Shown: one piece after another, positions 26,131 to 38,227 of the stretch
Position numbering within the stretch: the first letter of the stretch is position 1
How the letters are laid out: each line of letters begins with the position of its first letter
Assembly: GCA_038087875.1 (NCBI GenBank)
Contig: CM075989.1
Location: 5,332,001-5,396,000, forward strand
Length of the DNA: 64,000 nucleotides
Direction: 5' to 3'
From: Malacoraja senta
Lineage: Eukaryota
The notes under the pieces: model-generated
What the model was told of the DNA's origin: nothing
Databases searched by the model: none
What the model saw: only the letters and a program-made list of their open reading frames with translations
Position numbers and translations under genes: made by a program

Positions 26131-26369
26131 AGGCCCTGTCCCACTTTCACGACCTAATTCACGACCTCTGCCGAGTTTGCCCTTGACTCATACTCGCAGC
26201 ATGGTCGTCACGAGGTCGTAGGAGGCCATAGGTAGGTCGTAGGTAGGTCGTGATGCTAGTCGTAGGTACTCGTGGCATCAAGTAGGTCGGGGCATTTTTT
26301 CAACATGATGAAAAATGTCCACGAGTAAAAAAAGGTCGTGAATTAGGTCATGAAAGTGGGACAGGCCCT
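26131..26369. mobile_element. PIF/Harbinger-like MITE
   Basis: TIR AGGCCCTGTCCCACTTTCACGACCTAATTCACGACCT; TTA target-site duplication. Confidence 0.85.
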
Positions 26370-28636
26370 TTAGTTTAGCACAGGTTAATGTTGAGCAGTG
26401 TTCAAGTGCATGATGGATTTTGGGAAGAAGCTATTCTTGAACCTAATAGTTATGTTTTTCAGACTCCCATACCTTCTGCCCGACGGCAGGAGTGAAGTGA
26501 GTGTGGTGCGGCTCTTTGATGATGCTGGCTGGCCTTTTGAGGCAGCATCTCCTGTACATCCCTTTGATGGTGGGGAGGTCAGTACCTGTGATGGACCAGG
26601 CCCATGTCTACCACTCTCTGTCATCTCCTTCGTTCCTGGGCGTTTGTGGAGTCATTGTGAAGGAGAGATATTTGGACTGTTGGGCATTCAACAGAGACAG
26701 GGAACAGCATTGACTGATTGGGATGAAGCCAAGATCACCTCAGCAACAATCTTATTGAACGGCAGAGTTGCTTTGAGGCAGTAACTAGTTTCTTCTGATT
26801 TTATGCTTTGTCTCAGGATGGAAATGCAAAGACTAGAGGGCATAACTTTTACGGTGAGCGGGGCAAAGTTTAAAAGAGACGAGCAGGACAATTTGTTCAC
26901 ACAGACAGTGGTGATGAAGACAGATACAATAGTGACGTTTAAGAGACTTTTAGATAGGTACATGGATATGCAGGGAATGGAGGGATATGGATCACGTGCA
27001 GGTCGAGGAGATTAGTCGATCTTCACATCGTGTTTGGCAAAGACATTGTGGGCCAAATGGCCTGTTCCTGTGCTGTACTGTTCTCCGTTCTATGTTGACC
27101 CAGACACCTGTTACTTGGCAGTGGCCTGAGGGTCAGATATAGGATCATGTAGCACAGCCTGCAGACTGCCCCATACACAAGAAGCATGGGTTGGACGTAC
27201 GGCAAACCTCACAGCCGTGTACTTCAGTTCCAACTCTGAAGACAGAATTACATCGGCACGGTGGCGCAGGGGTAGAGTTGCTGCCCTAGAGCGCCAGATA
27301 CCCACCTTCAATCCTGACCACGCGTGCTGTCTGTACGGAGTTTGTACGTTCTCCCTGTGACCTGCGTGGGTTTTCTCCAGGTGCTTCGAAGACGTACATG
27401 TTTGTAGGCTAGGCTTGGTGAAATTGTAAAATGTCCCTTGCGTGTGATAGTGTTAGTGTGCATGGATCGCTGGTCGGCATGCACTTGGTGGGCCAAAGGG
27501 CTGGTTTCCACACTGCATCTCCAAACTAAACTAAAACTAAAATTGATGATAATTTTTCTCATTTTATTGCTTTTCTCAGCCACTTTGCAATTGATGGGAG
27601 TTGATTCAGAAAGAACTAATACTGCATCATTTACTTGGCAATGGGTCTTCATTCAATGAGGTTGGACGGGGTCATAATGCATCAATTCTACAACCTGTTG
27701 TTAAAAGGATGCAGAGAAGATGTACGAGGAAGTTACCAGGGCTCGAAGGCCTGAGCTATAGGGAGAGGTTGAGCAGGCTAGGATTTTATTCCTTGGAGCG
27801 CAGGAGCATGAGGGGTGATCTTGTAGCAGCTTATAAGAGGATTAGATAGTGTAAATACACAGTCTTTTACCCAGATTAGGGGAATCAAGAGCCAGAGAAC
27901 AGGGGTTTAAGGTTAGGGGGGAGAGATTTATAGGACCGTGAGGGGCAACATCTTTACACAAATGTTGTTGTGTATATATGGAACGAGCTGTCAGAGAAGG
28001 TAGTTGAGGCAGTTCCTATCACAAAGTTTTAAAAACATGGATAGGACAGGTTTATAGAGTTAGGGGTCAGATGCAGGCAGGTGGGACTAATGCGAATGGG
28101 ACATACAGGTTGGCGTGGGCAAGTTGGGCTGGAGGGCCAGTTTCCACGCTGTATGACTCTATGACTCGGGGTGGCACGGTGGTAGAGTTGCTGCCTTACA
28201 GCGCCGGAGACCCAGGTTCGATCCTGACTACGGGTGCTGTCTGTACGGAGTTTTACATTCTCCCCGTGACCTGAATGGGTTTTCTCCAGGTGCTCTGGTT
28301 TCCTCCCACACTCCAAAGACGTACAGGTATGTAGGTTAATTGACTTGGTAAAATTGTAAATTGTCCTTAGTGTGTGTAGGCTAGTGCTAGTGTACAGGGT
28401 AATCGCTGGTCAGTACAGACTCGGTGGGCCGAAGGGCCTGTTTCCGTGCCGTATCTCTAAACTAAATTAAAACTAAAATTTAGGCACCATTTTCTCATTC
28501 TGGTGCAGATGGAGTATGTTGTTTAACGTGGGCAAGTTGGGCCGAAGGGCCTGTTTCCACGCTGTATGACTATGACTCTCCGACCCTTCATCTTCCTTGT
28601 ATTGGGCAAAGCGAATGGCACTTTGGTCTAACTCAC

Positions 28637-28930
28637 CTCTGAAGCAGTAAACGTCGTAGCGTGAATGAGGGTCGGGGTAGCCGGTCTGATCCACGTTCAG
28701 GTAGATGGTTCGGACTCCAGCCTGTCCATTGCCGCAGTAGGGTCTGGGGGTTTGGATGGGGTACCTCACGCTGCCATCCGAGATCCAGCCCGCGCGGCAC
28801 CTGTCCATGCCCTGCTTCCATGCCGCATACAGCTGCCCCGTGGTGGCCATCTTAGCGTTGTGGCTGACGCAGTAGTCAACCGCTTCATCGTACGTGAACC
28901 CATCAGCCACCGTCGCGTGGAATACCTTCC
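28637..28930 (-). CDS. ACAN: Aggrecan exon 10: G2 link module B'
   Basis: KVFHATVADGFTYDEAVDYCVSHNAKMATTGQLYAAWKQGMDRCRAGWISDGSVRYPIQTPRPYCGNGQAGVRTIYLNVDQTGYPDPHSRYDVYCFR; 294 nt, the same size as exon 6. A second link-module pair (G2) distinguishes aggrecan from versican, neurocan and brevican. Confidence 0.96.
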
Positions 28931-30049
28931 CTGTAAATCGCATGCAGGAACGGTGAGGCAAACTCAACAGGGTTTGGTGCATTAACACATTCTACCTTTC
29001 TAAGAATATTTAATATATAGCATTATTGGGCAAATATCATGCACAAAATTATCAAGGGCTTTCTCTCAACGCTGTTTGGAAGGTATCGGGCCTTAAAGTA
29101 GGAGTATAAATAATCGCAACTCTCCTCAGGCCAAGATTTTTCAGAGTTTTGCAAGTTCTAAGATGTCTGTGGAATTATCTGCCTCAGAGGGCGGTGGAGG
29201 CCGGTTCTCTGGATGCTTTCAAGAGAGAGCTAGATAAGGCTCTTAAAGATAGCGGAGTCAGGGGATATGTGGGTAAGGCAGGAATGGGGTACTGATTGGG
29301 GATGATCAGCCATGATCACATTGAATGGCAGTGCTGGCTCGAAGGGCCAAATGGCCTACTCCTGCACCTATTGTCTATTGTCTATTGTCTATTGTCTAAG
29401 ATGATGCCAGAATCTGTCAACTCCCTAGGTGTTGTTCCAGAAGGGGATACATATGGGATATCTATACGCATCAAAAGTAGGCTTTAACTGGATAGCATGT
29501 GGAAGAAGCATTTCACTGCAGAAGCAAGGAAGTGCAGAAAAGGACAAAAAGTGCTGGAGCAACTCAGCGGGTCAGGCAGCATCTCTGGAGAACATTGGTT
29601 GGTGATGTTTCGTTTCGGGTTAGGAAGGGTCCTGAGGCAAAACATTACCTATCCATGTTGTCCAGAGATGCTGCCTGGCCCACTGAGTTACTCCATCACT
29701 TTGTGTCTTTAAACATTTTACTGAATCTCTGAACATGTATATAAAATTATGAGAGGCACAGATAAGGTGAGATAGACAGCCAGAACCTTTTTCCCCAAGG
29801 TGGAAACATTAAAAAAAACTAGAGGGCAGAGCTTTGTAGTAAAAGGGGCAAAGTTTAAAGGAGTCGTGCAGGACAGGTTTTGTACGACAGAGGGTGGTGG
29901 GTGCTGGGCCACACTGCCAGGGGTGCTGGTGGAGGCACCTATGAAAGTGGCGTTTAAGAGAATTTTAGATAGGTACATGGATATGTTGGGGTGGAGACAT
30001 ATAGGCCACAGGCAGGCAGATGAGGATAGTTTAACTTTGCACCAAGTAA

Positions 30050-30410
30050 ACGGCCTGTCCCACTGTACGAGGTAATTCAAGAGTTCTCCCAAGTTTTCCC
30101 CTGATTCGAACTCGGAGAATGTCTGTAACGGGTCCGTAGGAGTTCGTGGATGTCTCGCAGCGGTTCGTACGAGTAAAAAGTAACCATTTTTTTCATCACG
30201 AGTATTTTTTTACTCATGGACATTTTTCACAGTGTTGAAAAAACGTCACGAGTTTAACGGATTTCCCGAGTACCTACCGTTACTCGTACGAGCCGCTACA
30301 AGACATCCACGAACTCCTATGGACCCGCTACGGACATTCTCCGAGTTCGAATCAGGGGAAAACTCGGGAGAACTAACTCTTGAATTACCTCGTACATTGG
30401 GACAGGCCCT
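30050..30410. mobile_element. PIF/Harbinger-like MITE
   Basis: TIR GGCCTGTCCCACTGTACGAGGTAATTCAAGAGTT; TAA target-site duplication. Confidence 0.85.
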
Positions 30411-30932
30411 TAAGGCACCGACATGGTGGGATACAAGAATCTGAAGATGTGTAATGTTGAGCAAAACTCAAGATGCTGGAGAAACTCAAGGGGTCAGGCA
30501 ACATCTGTGGAGGGAATGGACCGACGATATCTCGGGTGGAGATACTTCTTCAGACTGGTCTTGACTGCTTCAAATTGAAGAGTCCCAACTCGAAACATCT
30601 CCCCTGATCACCACCAACCTGTGTTCCCCCACAACCCCTCTTTCTCTGCACGTTTAACTGCTTTATTTTCTATATTTTTTCAGTTCAGAAGAATGGCCTG
30701 ACTATTTAGGCATTCTGATTCTCCTCTCCATAGGTGCTGCCTGACCTGCTGAGTGTTTCCAACGTTTATTCATTTTACTTATGTTTTCCAGCATCTGTAT
30801 TCGCTGCAGGTTGTAAGACTGCATCAGAATGTGGCGGCCCTCTGCGTGCTGTTCCAGAATATGATCAAGTCAACTCATCTACAGTAGGATTTGACTAGTT
30901 AGCATGCAGAATAAGCATTTCGCTGTAGCAAC

Positions 30933-31415
30933 AAGGAACTGCAGATGCTGGTTTACACAAAAGTGCACAAAGTTTGTTCTTAAATAGTTTCTTATCAGGG
31001 TTGACCAGACACAGAATGCTGGAGTAACTCAGCGACACCGGCAAGATCTCTGGAGAGAAGGAATGGGTGACGTTTTGGGTCGAGACCCTTCTTCAGACTG
31101 ATGTCAGGGGAGTGGGTGGTACAGAGATAGAATGTAGTCGGAGACAGTAAGACTGGTGGGATAACTGGGAAAGAGGAGGGGATGGAGAGAGAGGGAAAGC
31201 AATGGCTACTTGAAGTTAGAGAAGTCAATGTTCATACTGCTGGGGTGTAAGCTGCCCAAGCGAAATATGAGGTGCTGTTCCTCCAATTTGCACTGGGTCT
31301 CACTCTGACAATGGAGGAGGCCCAGGACAGAACAGTGAGTGTGGGAATGGGAGGGGGAGTTAAAGTGTTGAGCAACCAGGAGATCAGGTGGGTTTCGGCG
31401 GACTGAGCGGTTGTT
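30933..31415 (-). mobile_element. Penelope-like element 3' fragment: GIY-YIG endonuclease C-terminus plus pseudo-LTR with hammerhead-like motif
   Basis: [22 protein letters not shown]...[40 protein letters not shown], followed on the minus strand by the CTGAAGA-AGGGTCTCGACCC-(G/A)AAAC-GTC repeat. Confidence 0.82.
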
Positions 31416-31455
31416 TGAGGGACAACCAATTCCGAGGTACATCTGCACATTGTAC

Positions 31456-31583
31456 CGTTTAGAGACTCAATGTAGCAGTAGACATCATAAGTTTCTTCAG
31501 GGTTGCGAACTCCATAGCTCCTTACACCGGGAAAGCCATCTTTGTCTCCAAAGCAACGCTCCCTGGGGTCCACCATGGGGTAC
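31456..31583 (-). CDS. ACAN: Aggrecan exon 9: G2 link module B, second part
   Basis: [42 protein letters not shown]; 128 nt, the same size as exon 5. Confidence 0.95.
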
Positions 31584-33815
31584 CTAGTCAGAAGACATTT
31601 GAGAGATGAAAACCTTGCAAAGTTAGCTCCTGGACAATAACGGATCTACAGACAAAATTAAAGAGCAGTAAGGCTCAGCGGTAGGGATGGCTGATCGGAT
31701 CATTTACTTCAGGGCACCTATTCAATCCCAATAATCAATTATTTCAACAGATGAAGCAGGGAGGAAGCTGACTGGAGAGGCCCAGTCTATTGGAAGATGT
31801 TTTACGTTCATTTCTCAGAGTTGGTCATTTTTATAAAGAGCAAAAATCTTTTATTTTTCTCGCTATTTTGAATTCTGGAACTTCATTGACTCAAGGAGTC
31901 CTTTGGCACGAACATAGTGGGCCACAGGGCCTGTTCTTGTGCTGCACGGGTCTATGTTGTATGTAATAAGCAGGCTCATTCTTGAGGGCAATTGGGGTTG
32001 GGCAATAAATGGTGGTCTTGCCAGCAATGTCTACAGAAGGGCAGAAGGTCAGTTAGTGTTCGTGGGAAGGCCCATTATCAGGGGATGCACACCATGGGAT
32101 GAAAGGCCTCTTCGTTTCCCTCAGACCATCACAGATCATTCGATGCCATCAAGAGAGAGCTAGATAGGGCTCTTAAAGATAGCGGTCAGGGGATATGGGG
32201 AGAAGGCAGGAACGGGTTACTGATTGGGGATGATCAGCCATGATCACATTGAATGGCAGTGCTAGCTGGAAGGGCCGAATGGCCTACTCCTGCACCTATT
32301 GTCCATTGTCTATTGATTATAAGCTTGGTATTCAGTGAGATTTTAAAAGGACATGTTTAAATTGAGACCTTTGTCAGTCACTTGATGCACTGTTTACTGC
32401 TGTATGCTTCTATCAGGTACTGTTGAAGTGGTGAGGCCTACCAGAGTGTCTGAGACCTTTGCAAAAACTCCAGACAGGAACAAAATTATCCAGAATTTAT
32501 GGTGTGGAACACTAAAAATATTCAGAGCCAACTTGAGATCGAGTACCACAATTTAAGAAATAGTTCCTCATTCATTCAGCATCTTTTTCAACAAAATATC
32601 ACTTAGCAGTTTAGAGTCGAGTATATTTTTTAATGAAGTATTTTTAATGAAGTATTTTTTTAATGAACGGGCGGCACTCTCAGTGGCGTAGCGGTCGAGT
32701 TGCTGCCCTACAGCGCCGGAGGTGATTGTCCGTACAGCGTTTGTATGTTCGCCCCGTGACCACGTGGGTTTTCTCCGGGCGCTCCGGTTTCCTCCCACAT
32801 CCCAAAGTCATAAGTTAATTAGCTTTGATAAATTGTCCTTCTTGTGTAGGATCGTGCTAGTGTATGGGGATTGCTGGTCGGCGCAGTCTCGGTGGGCTCG
32901 TTTCCTCTGTATCTCCAAACTAAGCTGAACTAAACTAAACTATTGTGACTCTTGTAATGTACAAAACACAGCGACCAATCTGTCTACAATGAGTGCCCAG
33001 AGCACATAATTTGGCAATAACACGATACTCTGATTCATTCTGAGAAAGGATCTCAACACAAAACATCACCCATTCCTTCTCTCCAGAGATGCTGCCTGAC
33101 CTGCTGAGTTACTCCAGCATTTTGTGTCTATTTTGATTCAGTTCATTGACATTGGGTGTAAATATAAAAAGGTATATATTTAGTTCTCCTGATGTTTTTC
33201 AAAACATGGGATGGAAATATAGGGGAATGGAGGGACATTGATCACATGCTGGCAGATGAGACTTGTTTATCTTGGCATCATGTTTGGCACCGACATTGTG
33301 GGCCGAATGGCCTGTTCCTGAGTTATATTGTTCTGTGTTCTATGGTCTAGGTTTTGAGAGCGGGTGGCGCAGAGATAGATTTGCTGCCTTACAGCGCCAG
33401 AGAGCCGGGCTAGATTCTGATTATGGATGCTGTCTGTACGGAGTTTGTACGCTCTCCCCATGACCTGGGTGAGATTTCTCCAGGTGCCAGATTTGTAGGT
33501 TAATTGGCTTGTTAAAATAGTAAATTGTCCCTAGTGCGTGTAGGATAACGTTACTGTGCGGGGATCGCTGGTTGTCGCGGACTCGGTGGGCCGATGGGCC
33601 TCTTTCCGTGCTGTATCTCTATACTAAACTAAACTAAGAAAGGAAACCTCGAAGTAGCTTCTCAGCTGCATGGAGTAAATGCTTGGGGGGCTCTATGAGA
33701 GGAGGCTAAATCTCTACACTTTCTCCAAAGCCTCCATACCAGGAGCAGAAACAAGAAATCCTTTCCACTCAAAGTTAAGTAAAATGTTGAGCCAACATCT
33801 GGTAGCTAAGATATC

Positions 33816-34482
33816 AGGCAGTGAAGAAAGCTAATGAAATGTTGGCCTTCATAACAAGAGGATTTCAGTATAGGAGTAGAGAGGTTCTTCTGCAGTTGTA
33901 TAGGGCTCTGGTGAGACCACATCTGGAGTATTGCGTACAGTTTTGGTCTCCTAATTTGAGGAAGGACATCCTTGTGATTGAGGCCGTGCAGCGTAGGTTC
34001 GCGAGATTGATCCCTGTAATGGCGGGACTGTCATAAGAGGAAAGATTGAAAAGACTAGGCTTGCATTCACGGGAGTTTAGAAGGATGAGGGGGCATCTTA
34101 TAGAAACATATAAAATTATAAAAGGACTGGACAAGCTAGATGCAGGAAAAATGTTCCCAATGTTGGGCGAGTCCAGAACCAGGGGCCACAGTCTTAGAAT
34201 AAAGGGGAGGCCATTTAAGACTGAGGTGAGAAAAAACGTTTTCACCCAGAGAGTTGTGAATTTGTGGAATTCCCTGCCACAGAGGGCAGTGGAGGCCGAA
34301 TCACTGGATGGATTTAAGAGAGAGTTAGATAGAGCTCTAGGGGCTGGTGGAATCAAGGGATATGGGGAGAAGGCAGGAACTGTTTATTGATTGGGGACGA
34401 TCAGCCATGATCACAATGAATGGTGGTGCTGGCACGAAGGGCCGAATGGCCTCCTCCTGCACCTATTTTCTATGATTCTATA
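33816..34482 (+). mobile_element. CR1-clade LINE 3' fragment
   Basis: KKANEMLAFITRG...HLEYCVQFWSP...LWNSLPQRAVEAESLDGFKRELD with one in-frame stop. Further CR1 remnants lie near 3560-3800, 14150-14600, 18030-18560, 27700-28150, 29165-29400, 50875-51310, 51370-51990, 54830-55080 and 56610-56990. Confidence 0.87.
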
Positions 34483-35399
34483 TAACTTGAGCCTACAGCA
34501 TCTGATAGATACATTTTTATGTGACGTTAAGGGTTATGCTTTCATAGTGCAAAAAGCAAGGACCTTCATTCCTTCTTCTCCCTGCTCCTATCGGGCAGAA
34601 GATACAGAAGATGCAGAAACTTGAAAATATGCGCTACAAGACTCAGGAACAGCTTCTTCCCCTTTGATATCAGATTTTGAATAGTCCTTCTATAAGCCAG
34701 GGTACTGTCCCAATTTTCCAACTTTCTTCATTGTGGGCATTGGACTTTTTCTCTGAAATGGTTTAGTTTAGTTTAATTTAAAGATACAGAGCGGAAACAG
34801 GCCCTTCGACCCACTGCCCAGCGATCCCCGCACACTAACACTATCCCACACACACTCGGGACAATTTACATTATTTTATATACCAAGTCAATTATCATAC
34901 GAACTTGCATGTCTTTGGGATGTGGGAGATAACCAATGATCTCAGAGAAAATCCACGTGGTCACAGGGAGAACGTACAAACTCCGTACACACAGCACCCA
35001 TAGTCAGGATCGAACCCTGGTCTCTGGAGCTGTAAGTCAGCAACTTTACCGCTGCGCCACCATGTCATCCCAGGCTACTCTCATCTGTCCTGGTATGTTT
35101 CTCTTCACTCTACCCATTGTACCTCTGTCTGGCTAGATTGTGTTCATTTATATCATTGCTTGATTAGATTAGATAGCATCCTTCCTCTCCCTGCCACTCT
35201 CTCCTTCACATGGTCTGGAGGTACAGCATAGAATCGGAAGTAATTGTCAAATATTCTTGTTCTCCCAGCTCCTATTGTGCAGAAGATGAAGCTGGAAAGC
35301 GCACACCATCAGAGTCAGGAACAGCTTCTTCCACTCTATTATCAGGCTTCTGACCGGTCCTTCCATAGCTAGCGTACTGTCTGATTCACCCCTGTGCCA

Positions 35400-36100
35400 A
35401 AGCCTTACAGGAGGCACCGCACGATGGCTGCCTCGCCAACGGTCTGTCTTCGTCTTTTCCTTCTTTGTGTTTTTAGTTTGTTGTAAAATGTATGTTTTAG
35501 TTTATCTTTAGTTTTGTATTGTGTGTGGGGGGGTGACTTTTCTTATCTCTTTCCCCATGTTGTATCTCCGTCCGCACTGCGGCCTAACATCGTGGAGCTG
35601 GCGGCCTCTTGCTGGGACTTCCGGAGCTCCAAAACCGCGGAGCTCCGGAAGTCCCAGGGGTCGGCCTTTGGGGCTCCAACCTGCGAGAGCTGCGGACTTT
35701 AACATCTCGGCCTTTGGTGCTCCAACCTGCGGGAGCTGCGGACTTTAACATCGTGGAGCTCGCTGTCTCTGGTTAGGGACCGATTTTGGGTACTCCAAGC
35801 CGCAGGAGTTTGACCGCCCCGATGCTGGAGCTTAGATCACCCCGACGTGGGAGCTCGATCGTTGGCTGTGGATGGTTCGACTCCCCCGACCGCGGGAGGA
35901 AAGGAGGAAAGAAGATAAGACTTTATTGCCTTCCATCACAGTGGGGAATGTGGAGGAGTCACTGTGGTGGATGTTTATGTCAAATTTTATGTAGTTGTGT
36001 GTCTTGTTGCTTTTTTGTTATGACTGTATGGCAAATCAAATTCCTCATATGTTGCAAAACATACTTGACTAATAAGTGACGATTATTACTATGATTATGA
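35400..36100 (+). mobile_element. Unclassified retroposon-like insertion of about 700 bp inside a Rex1/Babar-like 3' UTR
   Basis: The host repeat stops near 35395 and resumes near 36100; GC/CpG-rich body with a tandem duplication of about 44 bp; ends in AATAAG plus a (GATTAT)-like tail. Confidence 0.5.
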
Positions 36101-36345
36101 ACCGATGCGCTACAATTCTATATTCTGCACTCTGTATCTTCCCCTTTGCTCTACCTATTGTTCTTGAGTTTGAATTGACTATATTTATGTGTGGTTTATC
36201 TGATCTGATTGTATAGCACGCAAAACAAAAAGCTTTTCACTGTACCTCGATACACATGACAGTAGTAAACTTGAGCCATTGGCCACAGGAATTTTAGTTT
36301 GCGCAGTATTTGATGGAAAGGGGTTTGGAAAGCGGGGGGTGTTAC

Positions 36346-36520
36346 CTGACGGTCTGATCTGAGAGCCAGCCTGCGTCACACTGGTTGTATCCTCGCTTGT
36401 AGGCTGCCTGGAGTTGCTCGGGAGAGGCAATAAAGGCATTGTTTTCCAGACAGGCAATCTGCGCCTCGGTGAAGTTGAGGGAGTACCTGCTCGAAATAGC
36501 ACGGTAATGGAAAACAACCC
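36346..36520 (-). CDS. ACAN: Aggrecan exon 8: G2 link module B, first part
   Basis: [59 protein letters not shown]; 175 nt, the same size as exon 4. Confidence 0.96.
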
Positions 36521-37642
36521 CTGTTAGGGAACAGAGAGACAGGCAATTGAGCTGAGCCATAGTCAACATCGTGCAGTAAAACACAACGAACGCTGAGTTT
36601 CATTGTGTGTGTAACTCGTTATCACCTACCGCACAGCCAACAATGGATCCTTGTGGGCTCTACCTTTCCTTGATCATCGTTACTTTTTTGCATATCTCTC
36701 ATTCATTTGTTCTATATCCTTCTATATCACCATCTATATCTCTTGTTTTCTTTCCCTTGACTCTCAGACTGAAGAAGGGTCTCGACCCAAAACGTCACCC
36801 ATCCTTTTTCTCCAGAGATGTTGCCTGACCCGCTGAGTTACTCCAGATTGTTGAGTCTATCTTTGCTGGAAATACTCAGCGGGTCAGGCAGCATTTGTGA
36901 TGAATGAAACACAGAGAACAGTTCACATTGATGACCTTGTATCGGAACTTGAAATGTTGACAGTTTTCCTCCCCACAGATGCTGCCTAACCTGCTCGATG
37001 TTCAATAGAGAGTCAAGAGTATTTCATATATAATAAACAAAATCGGTGTCACTGTGCTCCCCTAATGGAGAACGAGATCTGAATACAATATCTGTATAAG
37101 GACCACAGATGGTAAAATCAGATTAAAACACATAGAGTGTATTAGAACAAAAAATGACTGAATTTGAGTCAATCATTATGTTTAAGAGAAAGACAATACA
37201 TAAGAGAGGTTGAAGAAAGAGCAGAGAAATATGATTAACATTGCATGTTTCAAGGATAATAAAATAATTTGGTATAGTTTATTTAGTTTAGAGATACAGC
37301 GCAGAAACAAGCCCTTCCCCCCACCGAGTCTGCGCCCACCAGCGATCCCCGCACATTAGCACTACCCTACACACACGAGTGACAATTTACATTTATACCA
37401 AGCTAATTAACCTACCGACATGGAGGTCTTTGGAGTGTGGGAAGGAAACCAAAGCTCTCGGAGAAAACCCACGCGGTCACAGGGAGAACGTACAAACTCC
37501 GTACAGACAGAACCCCTGGTCAGGATCGAACCCAGGTCTCTGGCGCTACAAGGAAGCAACTCTACCGCTGCGCCAGCCTGCCGCCACCATACTTTAAAAA
37601 AAGTGACAGTGAATGGTCACTGCAGGAATCATTTGAACTCAC

Positions 37643-38227
37643 CAGTTGGAGCCATTGGGCTGATGGGACACAGAGTTGCGCTCTGGTCCACTTCGTCTGT
37701 AATTGGGGTTGCCACGGCAGGTGGAGCTGCTGTCAGCCCCTCAGGCCGCGTTGCCAGGACATCGGGAGCCGCCGTTGCCTTGGGAACAAGCTCTTCAATG
37801 GTGGCGGGGGTGTGAGGTGGAACCTCAGTGACGCCCAGTCCCGCTGTGGCTGTCAGGTCTTCGATGGCTACAGACACGGCGACCACACTCACGGGCACTT
37901 CTGGGCTGGAAACCTCTTCGGTGGCGTTGACTAGTTCTTCTGGTAGGCCTGTAACGTTGAGTAGGACCATTCCTTCGGTAACGGCTTCTTCAGGGGCTGG
38001 AGATATGGTCACCTCGGTAAATGGAAGAGATATTGGAGTGAAAGGGCTAAGTGTGAAAACATCACCCCGTGCTTCTCCCTCTTCAGTAGTCTTCGTGAAG
38101 AACACCTCCACCTTATCAGGTATGGTTTGGATGGTAAAGGCACTTCCTTCATCGGTAAATCCCCCCTCCGGCTCTGTAGCTGGGTAGACGAGTGGAGTAT
38201 CCGTGAATGTTTCAATACCAAACTTGC
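37643..38227 (-). CDS. ACAN: Aggrecan exon 7: interglobular domain (IGD)
   Basis: 585-nt open phase 1-1 exon between G1 and G2; T/E/P-rich; contains FTIQT and TEEGE-ARGDV (aggrecanase-site homologue); donor G|GTGAGT. Confidence 0.92.
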
